Shown in pieces: positions 1 through 9,350 of a DNA stretch of 64,000 bases. This DNA comes from Saccharolobus solfataricus P2. Its GTDB lineage: Archaea; Thermoproteota; Thermoprotei_A; Sulfolobales; Sulfolobaceae. The notes under the pieces were generated by a model that saw nothing but the letters and a program-made list of their open reading frames with translations, was not told where the DNA came from and did no database searches. Position 1 is the first letter of the stretch. Every line of letters starts with the position of its first letter. The stretch lies in NCBI RefSeq assembly GCF_000007005.1, contig NC_002754.1, one strand, 5' to 3'. The position numbers were made by a program, and so were the translations under genes.

Positions 1-435
1 CTTAGCCATTAATATTAAGTTCTTAGGATAACCGTAAAATGAGGAAAAAGGCGTAGGTAAATTAGTTGCCAATAACCCTCCTAAGGATCCATCGTAATAT
101 GCTGGAAGAAATAGACCCTTAGCCTTTATTATTTCAAATAAGTCAGAAACTCTTACTCCGACTTGCGATGTAACGTAAAGGTCATCATCTGAAATCTCAA
201 CAACATTATTAAATTGGCTTAATTTAACGCCAATATCTATACTAACAGGGGGACCTATATGGTGCATATTGAATGAAAAGGGATAAATAGACAGCTTTTT
301 TTCGTTAGCAAACTTAATTACATCCCTAAGCTCTGCGTAAGTTTGTGGAATGGCTGTAATTTTCCATCTTGCAGGACCCTCATCTTTCCCGTTAGATACT
401 TTGACAATCTTGCCTAATTCATCAACCCAATCCAT
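1..435 (-). CDS. FAD-binding oxidoreductase (GlcD/GlcE-like), N-terminal part; runs off the window edge
   Basis: Translated by hand (not in the ORF track): ATG at 435, MDWVDELGKIV...LYVTSQVGV...GSLGGLLATN..., open to position 1. Has PCMH-type FAD-binding motifs. Confidence 0.7.
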   Translation of the reverse strand, partial: MDWVDELGKIVKVSNGKDEGPARWKITAIPQTYAELRDVIKFANEKKLSIYPFSFNMHHIGPPVSIDIGVKLSQFNNVVEISDDDLYVTSQVGVRVSDLFEIIKAKGLFLPAYYDGSLGGLLATNLPTPFSSFYGYPKNLILMAK

Positions 436-490
436 TAATAGAAAAGGGGACAAATTATAAAAATAGTTTTTGATCAAGAGTATAATATTA

Positions 491-1096
491 ATGCCAATAT
501 ACATTTACTGCATAGATAAAGATAAGTTGATTTACTGCAACAATACTGGAGAACTTTATTATGTGTTTGAGTATACGAGGAATAATGAGTTATTACTATC
601 TAAATGCCGAAACAGTAAATGCGAACAAGTAGACGATGTAATCTCAGAATTAGGAAAATATCGTTTTGCCAATGAGATAGATAATTTCGATGAGATAATG
701 GGTAAGATAGACGAAATAACTTCATTTCTTACGAAACATAATCTAAAGATATATTTTATTGGCGATAGTTCAGTCTTAGAGGCCATATACACACCATTAC
801 TATTTTATTATAAATATTTTGGATTAAAGGAAGCCAAGGATAAGGTAAATTATGTAAAATCATGGCTTGATAAGCTTATTTTAGCTAGAAGAGTTCTAGA
901 TAAAATAGGAATAATGGAATTCAAATCCCATATGGATACCTTAGATGGAAGATATGCTATTTGGTTGAATACTGAAGACGAGTCTACATCTTTTATCTCA
1001 AGTGAAGGGGATTTGGTTAAATGCTGGATTTCATATAATGACTGCGATCTACTTATCGAGAGAAAAGGAAAGAGGATTTGCATTAAGAGTAATTAG
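491..1096 (+). CDS. Hypothetical protein
   Basis: Long ORF (track start TTG 470, more likely ATG 491) with protein-like composition; no recognised motif. Confidence 0.6.
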   Translation: MPIYIYCIDKDKLIYCNNTGELYYVFEYTRNNELLLSKCRNSKCEQVDDVISELGKYRFANEIDNFDEIMGKIDEITSFLTKHNLKIYFIGDSSVLEAIYTPLLFYYKYFGLKEAKDKVNYVKSWLDKLILARRVLDKIGIMEFKSHMDTLDGRYAIWLNTEDESTSFISSEGDLVKCWISYNDCDLLIERKGKRICIKSN

Positions 1097-1193
1097 ACTC
1101 TTTCCTCATTTTCTCAATCCCAATTTCTATTAACCTTCTAATTGCGCTATAGGCGTCGTTTATCGTTTCGTACCATTTATCGTAAACACCCTA

Positions 1194-2072
1194 CTACCTT
1201 AACTTCCCAATACTAACGATATCTTCACCTTTAATCAACTTTAGATCAAAATCCCCATTAAAGTAGCCGAAATTTATCCTTAGATTAATATCAGATACCA
1301 TATCATTAATAGAATCTATAATATTCCTTATGATAGTAAACCTTTCCATGAGAGTTCCTACGCTATTTATCGTTAGCAACAGATAATAATCATCAGCTCC
1401 TTCCATTCTACTCTCGTCGTAATTAATTATATAATCAACTATTTTATTTATTCCAGTTTCAATATTATCGACAGTATCAAATTTTAACTTATCGATATAA
1501 TATATCCTATCATAAAAAAGGATAGCTACTTGCTCGGCGTCACTATCATCTTCAACATTAGCAAAGGCGTAAATTTTCTTACTTTCCATTAACGAGACTA
1601 CCACACTTAATATTACTGTCTTATCATTACTCTTTATCAAATATTGGACTTGATCTTCAATTTTATTCCTACCCAATACTGGATAATTTTCTTCAATAAT
1701 CTTATTTACAACAGAAAATATCTCAGATCTAACGTAAAGAAATCTATTTGAAGTAACCTCAATAGATCTCTCCTTGACAAACTTTGAAATCGAAAATAGG
1801 CAATACTTTACGGATTCCTTATAATCATTAAACTTATACAGACCTTGATTAATGGAATCATGAACTTCATTTAAATCGAAGATTTCACATAGTTTTACCT
1901 CTCCATAATAGAAAGTAGTATTACTAATTACAGAACTAATATAGCCCTTGATTTCAATAAGAGAATCGTCTAACGATACCAAGAGAACATCTCCCATGTC
2001 GCTGATTACAGTATCTTTTATTGCCTCTTGAAAAGTTTCATATAACGATCTCGGAATCTCAGCTCTTATCAT
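1194..2072 (-). CDS. Hypothetical protein
   Basis: 292 aa ORF, co-oriented downstream of the Nudix gene. Confidence 0.7.
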   Translation of the reverse strand: MIRAEIPRSLYETFQEAIKDTVISDMGDVLLVSLDDSLIEIKGYISSVISNTTFYYGEVKLCEIFDLNEVHDSINQGLYKFNDYKESVKYCLFSISKFVKERSIEVTSNRFLYVRSEIFSVVNKIIEENYPVLGRNKIEDQVQYLIKSNDKTVILSVVVSLMESKKIYAFANVEDDSDAEQVAILFYDRIYYIDKLKFDTVDNIETGINKIVDYIINYDESRMEGADDYYLLLTINSVGTLMERFTIIRNIIDSINDMVSDINLRINFGYFNGDFDLKLIKGEDIVSIGKLR

Positions 2073-2100
2073 TCAATTACCAGTAATTATATATAAAAAT

Positions 2101-2580
2101 TTAAATTTTAAGTTCAGCTATTTCAAACAATTTAGAAAGTATCCTATATGTCATCCCCCAAATTCTATATTGTTTATAATAGAACGCGTTATCACCCCTT
2201 ACAAGTTCACTCTCATGAACCCAAAATACCTTATCTACCTCAACCGGATTTGGCCTTGGTTCTATCAGTTCATCAAGTAATGCAATATATGCCCTAACTT
2301 TTATTTTAATATTATTAGGCGAAAATACCCCTAAACTAGACCTTATATTTGGCCTGATTCCAACTTCCTCCTCACACTCTCTAATAGCTGCTTGAAAAGC
2401 GGTCTCGTTATTTTCTCTATGACCACCTGGCAAAGCCATTTGACCGGACCATGGATCCTTTGGATTGCTTACTCTCTTTATCAATAGGATGTACTGACCT
2501 TTAGCTATTAATACTACAACTGCGGCGTCGCTCTCGTTATCATCAGTCAGTGGTAGCTGAAGAAGTTTACTAATATTCAT
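2101..2580 (-). CDS. Nudix hydrolase, CoA pyrophosphatase-like
   Basis: Nudix box GGHRENNETAFQAAIRECEEEVG, with DPWSGQMALPGG and C-terminal IWGMT typical of CoA-diphosphatases. Confidence 0.85.
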   Translation of the reverse strand: MNISKLLQLPLTDDNESDAAVVVLIAKGQYILLIKRVSNPKDPWSGQMALPGGHRENNETAFQAAIRECEEEVGIRPNIRSSLGVFSPNNIKIKVRAYIALLDELIEPRPNPVEVDKVFWVHESELVRGDNAFYYKQYRIWGMTYRILSKLFEIAELKI

Positions 2581-2689
2581 AATTAGAACTCGAAATAGTC
2601 TCCAATTAATTTTTATGCAGTACCACGTGCACCATTAATCCAAAGTACAAAAAACCTTTTAAGGATATATAGGAATAAAGAAGTATTCC

Positions 2690-2893
2690 ATGGCTAGAAG
2701 AACTTGTCCTAAATGTAGTAAGGTTGTTGAAATTTTAGTAGAGCATGTTAAAAATAAGGTTGTGAAAAAATGTCCAAATTGTGGTTATATATTTATAGAG
2801 TACGAAATCAACTCTAATTCATCTGAACTTTCATCTCTCTCTCCATCTACTAAATCTAACGGAGAGGTAAAAGAACAATATAGATTCGAATAA
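2690..2893 (+). CDS. Small zinc-ribbon protein
   Basis: CPKC...CPNC; ATG start after an AT-rich TATA-like region; the 3' end overlaps the ABC permease antisense. Confidence 0.6.
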   Translation: MARRTCPKCSKVVEILVEHVKNKVVKKCPNCGYIFIEYEINSNSSELSSLSPSTKSNGEVKEQYRFE

Positions 2894-3580
2894 CAGAACT
2901 AGAAACGATAAGAGTAACATTTCTATACTCGTACTAACCAAATTTGTAATCCCTTGTGAGAATATTGCAGAAGCAGTTGTCGGTAATATGAGCAGGGGTA
3001 TGTAAAGGGACTTAGGTATTAATGTGTAAGGATAGAATACCGGTGGTATTATAGTTAAAATGCTAGATAAGAGACCAGCAAGACCCCAACCATATCTGGT
3101 ATGAGGGACTAAACTAGCTAAGAAAAAGCCTATGGAGGATGTCGCAAATAAGAGTAGAGTAATGTCAATTAATAATGGTATGAAGTTGCTTAATGTCAAG
3201 ACGTGGTACAATATCGCAAGTATAATATACAATATGAGTCCAGGTGAGGAGTATAGTAGATTGGCAAGGATTAATCCAATTATGTAGTCAGAAGGCCCTA
3301 TACTGGTTGCGACTAACAAATCTTGAAGTCTACTTTCAAGTCTTAAAAATACTAAATCACCAATTAAGGAAAATCCATTATTTGCCATGACGCTAATTAA
3401 TCCTCCAACAATAGCGAATTTAACGAAATCTCCTCTCGTGATAATATATATTAGGAATAATTCAGCTAAAGGTATACTAAGATAGGTTAGTATATATACA
3501 AAGCCTCTCTTTATTGAGGACAATCCGTAAAATATTGTAAAAGCTAGCAGAAAACTACTCTTCAAGACTCTCACCACCAT
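2831..3580 (-). CDS. ABC-2 type exporter permease
   Basis: About six hydrophobic segments; overlaps the ABC ATPase gene. Confidence 0.85.
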   Translation of the reverse strand: MVVRVLKSSFLLAFTIFYGLSSIKRGFVYILTYLSIPLAELFLIYIITRGDFVKFAIVGGLISVMANNGFSLIGDLVFLRLESRLQDLLVATSIGPSDYIIGLILANLLYSSPGLILYIILAILYHVLTLSNFIPLLIDITLLLFATSSIGFFLASLVPHTRYGWGLAGLLSSILTIIPPVFYPYTLIPKSLYIPLLILPTTASAIFSQGITNLVSTSIEMLLLSFLVLLFESILFFYLSVRFSRWRER

Positions 3581-4382
3581 AAATTATGAATAAATCCTCT
3601 AGTGTAATTGGTTTGATAACATATTTCCCCACGTAATCTGATGCCTCATTCCTATCCACATAACTAATCCTCAGTCTTCCTATCTTATATTCACCAATAC
3701 CCTCTATTCTAACCTTATTATCGAATTTAGTCAAGAGCTCTTTTATGCTTCCTTTAGCTATGAGCTTACCCTTATGCAAAAGGATTACCTCATCTGAAAG
3801 CTCTTCAGCCTCTTCCATATAATGTGTAGTTAACAAAATCTTACTCTTTATACTCTTTAACACGGACCAGACTTCTAACCTAGAATATGGATCTAAGCCT
3901 GTGGTAGGTTCGTCTAATAGTACCAACTCGGCATTTGATGCTAAAGCCATAGCCACAAAAATCTTCCTCTTCATTCCACCTGAAAGCTCATCACTCGGTT
4001 TATCCCTTACTTCCCATAGGCCAACTTCTTTGAGAGCGCTTCTGGATATTTCAGTAGCTTCTTTGAACGATAGCCCTCTAGCTGTTAAGTACATGATTAA
4101 ATGTTCCATGGGACTAGCTATACCTATTGATTTGGCCTCTTGAGGTATTGAAGCTATTATTTTCCTAACCTTCCTGGCGTCCTTTACTACATCATATCCT
4201 TCAACTCTGGCAATTCCGCTAGTTGGTAATAATTGTGTTGAAAGAATTCTAGTGAGCGTTGTCTTACCAGCTCCGTTTCTACCTAAAAGCGTAACTACTC
4301 TAGTATTTGCGCTAAACGTTAAATTATCCAATGCTACAGTCCCATCTCTATAAATCTTAGTAAGGTTAATAGTTTCAAGCAC
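3555..4382 (-). CDS. ABC exporter ATP-binding protein (DrrA-like)
   Basis: Walker A GRNGAGKT, signature LSGGMKR, Walker [21 protein letters not shown]. Confidence 0.95.
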   Translation of the reverse strand: MLETINLTKIYRDGTVALDNLTFSANTRVVTLLGRNGAGKTTLTRILSTQLLPTSGIARVEGYDVVKDARKVRKIIASIPQEAKSIGIASPMEHLIMYLTARGLSFKEATEISRSALKEVGLWEVRDKPSDELSGGMKRKIFVAMALASNAELVLLDEPTTGLDPYSRLEVWSVLKSIKSKILLTTHYMEEAEELSDEVILLHKGKLIAKGSIKELLTKFDNKVRIEGIGEYKIGRLRISYVDRNEASDYVGKYVIKPITLEDLFIIYGGESLEE

Positions 4383-4394
4383 AAATCTATATTA

Positions 4395-4741
4395 ATGAAT
4401 GCTTGCTTTAAGTATATAGGTTTTATAAAGAGAAACGACAATTCGACATCTAGAAATGCGATAATTGAAATCCATGTAAATAAAGAGTATGAAGAAGGTT
4501 TAAAAGGATTAGAGGAGTTCTCTCACATTATAGTTATATACCATTTACATTTAGCTAGCTTTGATGGAAGACTACTTAGAGAAAAAAAGGGAGTTACTGT
4601 GGGGATTTTTGCAACCAGATCACAATTTAGACCAAATCCCATAGGTATATCTGTAGCTGAACTCATTGAAATTAAAGGTAATATAGTACTAGCTAAAGGT
4701 ATAAACGCGTTTAACAACACTCCAGTTCTAGATATAAAGCC
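4395..4741 (+). pseudogene. trmO: TrmO/TsaA-family tRNA t6A37 methyltransferase, 5' part, interrupted by IS607
   Basis: FSHIIVIYHLH, GIFATRSQFRPNPIGIS, NTPVLDIKP. Native sequence breaks at the Pro codon 4740-4741, and the ORF-track tail LSAVSDKP* comes from the IS. Confidence 0.85.
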
Positions 4742-4802
4742 GTTATCAGCAGTTTCAGATAAACCGTAAAGTTTATATTATTTTGCCACAAACTCTTATA
4801 CA

Positions 4803-5381
4803 ATGCTAAGACCTAAGGAAGCATGCCAAAGACTAGGAATATCCTATGCAACACTTAGAGAATACGTTAAGAAAGGATACATAAAACCAGTTATACTACA
4901 GAGCGGAAAATGGAGGTTCAGAGAAGAGGACGTAGAGAGGCTAATGGGAATTATTAGAAAGAGAAAAGTGATATTATACGCTAGAGTATCATCTTCCACA
5001 CAAAAAGACGAACTAGTAAACCAAGTGAAGTATCTAGAGGAACAAGTCAAAGAATACGACCTCGTAATTACTGACATAGGTTCAGGGTTAAACATGAAGA
5101 GAAAGGGGTTCTTGAAGTTGTTGAGAATGATACTGAACAACGAAGTATCACGCGTAGTTGTTGCTTACCCAGATAGGCTAGTCAGATTCGGTTTCGAAAT
5201 CCTGGAGGAGACTTGTAAAGCACACAACTGTGAAATAGTAGTACTAAACCAAGAGGACAAAGAGGAAGAACTAGTTGAAGACCTAATGTCAGTACTAGTC
5301 TCGTTCAGCGGGAAACTGTATGGTATGAGGAGTCATGAATACGAGAAGGTGAAGAAATGTGCTGAAGAACTTAAGAATTAG
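4803..5381 (+). CDS. tnpA: IS607 TnpA serine recombinase
   Basis: N-terminal MerR-like HTH, catalytic YARVSS, DIGSG, DRLVRFG. Confidence 0.95.
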   Translation: MLRPKEACQRLGISYATLREYVKKGYIKPVILQSGKWRFREEDVERLMGIIRKRKVILYARVSSSTQKDELVNQVKYLEEQVKEYDLVITDIGSGLNMKRKGFLKLLRMILNNEVSRVVVAYPDRLVRFGFEILEETCKAHNCEIVVLNQEDKEEELVEDLMSVLVSFSGKLYGMRSHEYEKVKKCAEELKN

Positions 5382-6627
5382 AAAATTTGAACCGGAAGAG
5401 GAATACGTGCACTTCACGTACTCCATCAAGAATAGTGAGAGGGAGAAGAGCAAAGAGTTAATTAAAGAATACAGAACACTACTACAGAAAGCAATTGACT
5501 ACCTGTGGAATTTAACGAAAATACAAGTAAGAAAAAAGAACGGTAGTTACAAGATAACACTACCGAAGAAGAAGGAAGTATACAAACCACTTAGGGAAGA
5601 GTTGGAGAAGATCAACCACCTCGCGTCACACTACGTCGATAAGGCAATTAATGACGCATTCTCGATCTTGAAGTCGTGGAGGAAAAGGGCCATAAAGGGG
5701 AGAGCTTCGATTGAAAAACCTACGTTAAAGAAGGCTTACGTTAGGATAAAGACGACTCTGAGGAAGGTTGTGGGGGAAAGCGTTAGAATAACGGTAAGAC
5801 CTTATGAGTACATCACCTTCTCGTGGAGTAAGTCATGGTTCTCAAGAAGGGTTAGGGAGTTGGAACTCGGCGAACCTATAATTAAGGAGGAGAAGGTTTA
5901 CCTACCATTTCGTTACAAGTTACCGTGGGTAACACCAGTGAACTTTCTAGCTATTGACTCCAACCTTTATACTCTAGATGCTTATGATGGTGAGAAATTC
6001 GTTACAATCTCCCTAAAGCAGTTGTACTCCCTTAAGTACTCCATGGAGGTGAAGAGGGCTAAGGTGCAATCATTTGCATCAAAGCACACGAAGAGGGGGA
6101 GAGAGTTGATGAGGAAGTATTCGCATAGGGAGAGGAATCGCGTTCTAGATTTTGTTCACAAGTTTGTTAACACTTTGTTGGACTTGTACCCCATGACGTT
6201 TTTCGCTGTGGAAAAGCTTAACAAAGAGAGTATGTTTAAGGATGCTAATGGCTCTCTTTCGAGGAAGATTTCTAGGACTGTTTGGAGGAGTATACACAGA
6301 GTGTTGAAGTATAAGGCTCCGCTTTACGGTTCTTTCGTTAAGGAAGTGAACCCACACCTCACCTCGAGGTCTTGCCCCAGATGTGGGTTTGTATCCCGAA
6401 AGGTTGGTAAGACCTTTGAGTGTGAGAGGTGTGGGTTCAAGTTGGATAGACAACTGAACGCGTCATTGAATATTTATCTCAAGATGTGCGGTTTTCCTCA
6501 CATCCGTGATATTCCGCGGGTGTGGGTTGGGGTTATTCCGCTAATGGGGCGGAGAGGGATGAACGTCCGCGACTTTGGTGAAGCCCAAGGGCTGAGGATT
6601 GATATCAAATATCATGAAATCCTATGA
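5359..6627 (+). CDS. tnpB: IS607-associated TnpB
   Basis: RuvC-I AID200SN, RuvC-II AVE285KL, Zn finger CPRC/CERC, RuvC-III DRQ365LNAS. Confidence 0.93.
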   Translation: MLKNLRIRKFEPEEEYVHFTYSIKNSEREKSKELIKEYRTLLQKAIDYLWNLTKIQVRKKNGSYKITLPKKKEVYKPLREELEKINHLASHYVDKAINDAFSILKSWRKRAIKGRASIEKPTLKKAYVRIKTTLRKVVGESVRITVRPYEYITFSWSKSWFSRRVRELELGEPIIKEEKVYLPFRYKLPWVTPVNFLAIDSNLYTLDAYDGEKFVTISLKQLYSLKYSMEVKRAKVQSFASKHTKRGRELMRKYSHRERNRVLDFVHKFVNTLLDLYPMTFFAVEKLNKESMFKDANGSLSRKISRTVWRSIHRVLKYKAPLYGSFVKEVNPHLTSRSCPRCGFVSRKVGKTFECERCGFKLDRQLNASLNIYLKMCGFPHIRDIPRVWVGVIPLMGRRGMNVRDFGEAQGLRIDIKYHEIL

Positions 6628-6639
6628 AGCCCAAACCCC

Positions 6640-6700
6640 TTACGATAAATGGGATAGGGCAGAAGAAATTAGGGTTCCCGCTTGGCATGATGTTATATGA
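6640..6700 (+). pseudogene. trmO: trmO 3' fragment (YDKWDRAEEIRVPAWHDVI*)
   Basis: In frame with the 5' part once the IS is removed, giving ...DIKP-YDKWD..., which completes the conserved DIKPY motif. Confidence 0.85.
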
Positions 6701-6753
6701 TATTTCCTTTTTTAGAGAAAAAATAAATAGTCTAATACACTTACTATAATATT

Positions 6754-7149
6754 ATGTATGTAGCCGATTTGATTACCAGAAACCCGCTTACAGTCAAGCC
6801 CGAAACAAGTATAAGAGATGCTGCTAAGATTATGAAAAGGGAAAATCTAGGTTCTCTTATAATAGTAGATGAGACAAATAAGCCAATTGGGATAGTTACT
6901 GAAAGGGATATTTTAAGGGCAGTAGCAGATGAAGTAGCATTAGATTCTCCCGTTTCTACAATCATGACAAGAGGTTTGATAACCATTCCTCCAAATAAGG
7001 ATGTTACAGAGGCATTAATTATCATGTATCAAAATAACGTTAGACATCTAGCAGTAGTTGGACAAAGCGGGGAATTAGTCGGAGTAATATCTATTAGAGA
7101 TGCTGCCAAGGCAGTAAATCTTTTGGCACTTGATCTATCAATATGGTGA
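6754..7149 (+). CDS. CBS domain protein (one Bateman pair)
   Basis: Two CBS repeats (GIVTERDILR; VRHLAVV...GVISIRD). Confidence 0.92.
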   Translation: MYVADLITRNPLTVKPETSIRDAAKIMKRENLGSLIIVDETNKPIGIVTERDILRAVADEVALDSPVSTIMTRGLITIPPNKDVTEALIIMYQNNVRHLAVVGQSGELVGVISIRDAAKAVNLLALDLSIW

Positions 7150-7282
7150 GTTACCTTATCTAAGTAAATTGTTAAAACTATAATGAATTAAATATTGACA
7201 ACAATCTAATTCCACACTATAAATATTTTTTAATACGAATTTAGTAGATGAGTTTAAATGGGATAGTCCGGAAAAAGATGAG

Positions 7283-8686
7283 ATGAAAAATAAATTTATA
7301 ATGTATATTATTTTATTCTTACTCTTGATATCATTATCTATTAGTACTATTGGTAATATTAATATACAAAAAGAACAAGTCATTATTCAACAATATTCGA
7401 CATACCTAATACAAAATGGGGAATCTCTAAATTACACCGTGATAAGTGGAGTTGAAGATAAGATAATCTATAATAACGCGTCACAAGTGGTAATTAAATA
7501 CAATGAAACAACATATCTACTTAAACCTTTGGGTTTAACGTACTATAACAACTCAATAGTAAATGTTACGATGGATGGAGATAAATTAAAAATATATAGC
7601 GGTATTCCGCAATTAGTTAAGGCTATACTTTATACTTCAGATATGCAAGAAGTAGTATGGGCAGGGTATCTTTCAAAACCAGCACTTATTTCGACTTACG
7701 CTTATGTAAACGGAAGTGGAACCTTGGAATTGCAATACCTTAATGGTTCTTCGATATATAGTATAAATATTTCAATTGGCAGCAGTCAAAAAATCTCCGT
7801 TTTCCTAATTAGTTTAAACTATACAATGTTCATACCAAGATCATATGGTAATATATCAATTTCAACCGAGTTGCCTACACCATATAAATCGTTTGAAAAC
7901 ATTAGTTCCTTCTACATCTCAATGTCATCCTTTTATAATAATACCTTACTACCCTCAATTATTTGGAAATCTAATAATATTACAGCAGTTGAGTTCTTCG
8001 GAATTAACGGAAAAATTGTAGGATTCGTAGAGGTAAATAATACAACCCTATTAATCTTGAGGGATCTAAATGCAGAATATTATACACCTAGATACGTAAT
8101 TATCACAACAATCAATAATAGGACAATATTGTTGGGAATTGGGAATAATAGTGTGGAAAGCACTGATAATATTACGTTTTCATATTTTATTAGTTCTAAT
8201 AGACAAGAGGGATTATTATTTAGTGTTGAAAATAACCCAAGCGTATTCTTAGCTTTCAATAATGGTAGTGTTTATGACATCGAAATTTCATATCCAAAAA
8301 ATATATCTGTTTCAAACATCACAATTCAAAACACAGTATTCTTAGCAGAAAAAATAGCTATTTCCCTTAACTCATCATTTTCACTAATTCCGATAACCCT
8401 TAAATACAATGGCACATTTTTAATATTAAAAGAATTACCTAATGGTTCAATATTATTTGTAAATGAAACGGACTATTTCATGCACGACAATACCTTGTAC
8501 CTTATAGCTTTTGAACCAGCTAAAGCGTATTATATCGTATATTCTAATCATCCATTACTAACTATAACACAGACTAAACAAGCTCCAATACCTTATGGAG
8601 CTAATAATCTCGTTTTAATCTCTGGAATAGTTATAATCTTGTTAGTGATTGCATCAATATTTACAATAAGGAAAAGAAGGTCGTAA
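7283..8686 (+). CDS. Secreted, C-terminally anchored surface glycoprotein of unknown function
   Basis: N-terminal signal peptide, many N-X-S/T sequons, C-terminal TM helix with basic tail RKRRS. Confidence 0.75.
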   Translation: MKNKFIMYIILFLLLISLSISTIGNINIQKEQVIIQQYSTYLIQNGESLNYTVISGVEDKIIYNNASQVVIKYNETTYLLKPLGLTYYNNSIVNVTMDGDKLKIYSGIPQLVKAILYTSDMQEVVWAGYLSKPALISTYAYVNGSGTLELQYLNGSSIYSINISIGSSQKISVFLISLNYTMFIPRSYGNISISTELPTPYKSFENISSFYISMSSFYNNTLLPSIIWKSNNITAVEFFGINGKIVGFVEVNNTTLLILRDLNAEYYTPRYVIITTINNRTILLGIGNNSVESTDNITFSYFISSNRQEGLLFSVENNPSVFLAFNNGSVYDIEISYPKNISVSNITIQNTVFLAEKIAISLNSSFSLIPITLKYNGTFLILKELPNGSILFVNETDYFMHDNTLYLIAFEPAKAYYIVYSNHPLLTITQTKQAPIPYGANNLVLISGIVIILLVIASIFTIRKRRS

Positions 8687-8726
8687 TAGATAAAATATAT
8701 AAGACGTACTTCGTTAAGTGTAAATA

Positions 8727-9095
8727 ATGAGAGTTTCTAAATCAAAAAAACCTACTGAAATATGCCCAATAGTTTCCGCGATAGCTATAATTGGAAGCGA
8801 ACCAAAGCTTTTAACAATAAGGTACTTACTTGATGGACCTAAACGATTCAACGAACTTCAAAGGCTTACCTCATTAAGCTCTAAAACTCTATCAAAGACC
8901 TTAAAAGAATTGGAAAATCATGGAATAGTTGAGAGAAAGATTATAAACTCCCATCCAATTGTAGCAGTTTACGAATTAACAGATAAGGGTAAGGATCTGA
9001 AGAGAGTATTTGATGAACTCAGAAGATGGGGAGAAAAATTCGCTCTAACCAAAATTGCTGTAATGAATAGTATACGCGTAAACCAAGAGTTTTAA
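8727..9095 (+). CDS. HxlR-family winged-helix transcriptional regulator
   Basis: GPKRFNELQR...KTLSKTLKELE..G...YELTDKG..L pattern. Confidence 0.9.
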   Translation: MRVSKSKKPTEICPIVSAIAIIGSEPKLLTIRYLLDGPKRFNELQRLTSLSSKTLSKTLKELENHGIVERKIINSHPIVAVYELTDKGKDLKRVFDELRRWGEKFALTKIAVMNSIRVNQEF

Positions 9096-9350
9096 AATCA
9101 AAATGAAATAGTTGAAAGAATAAAATAAAGGACTATTTACTGATGGAAATATTATGATATAATTAAAAGAACGAGATACAAATTCCATTCCAAATATTAG
9201 GAAATTTTTAATTTCTTTGTATGATTATTAGGTAAATTACTTCATATATTGCAATTTATTCATAATTAATCTATCTTTTCTTGTTTCTCCTAAAGTGGAA
9301 CATGTCTCGAAACGGGATCCTTAAAAGAACCAAACACTTACTATATATCA

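Larger units (their letters stand above)
4742..6639 (+). mobile_element. IS607-family element (ISC1904-like), 1898 bp
   Basis: Serine-recombinase tnpA plus tnpB; CC dinucleotide at both junctions (4740-41, 6638-39); no TSD or TIR. Removing it restores trmO in frame. Confidence 0.92.
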
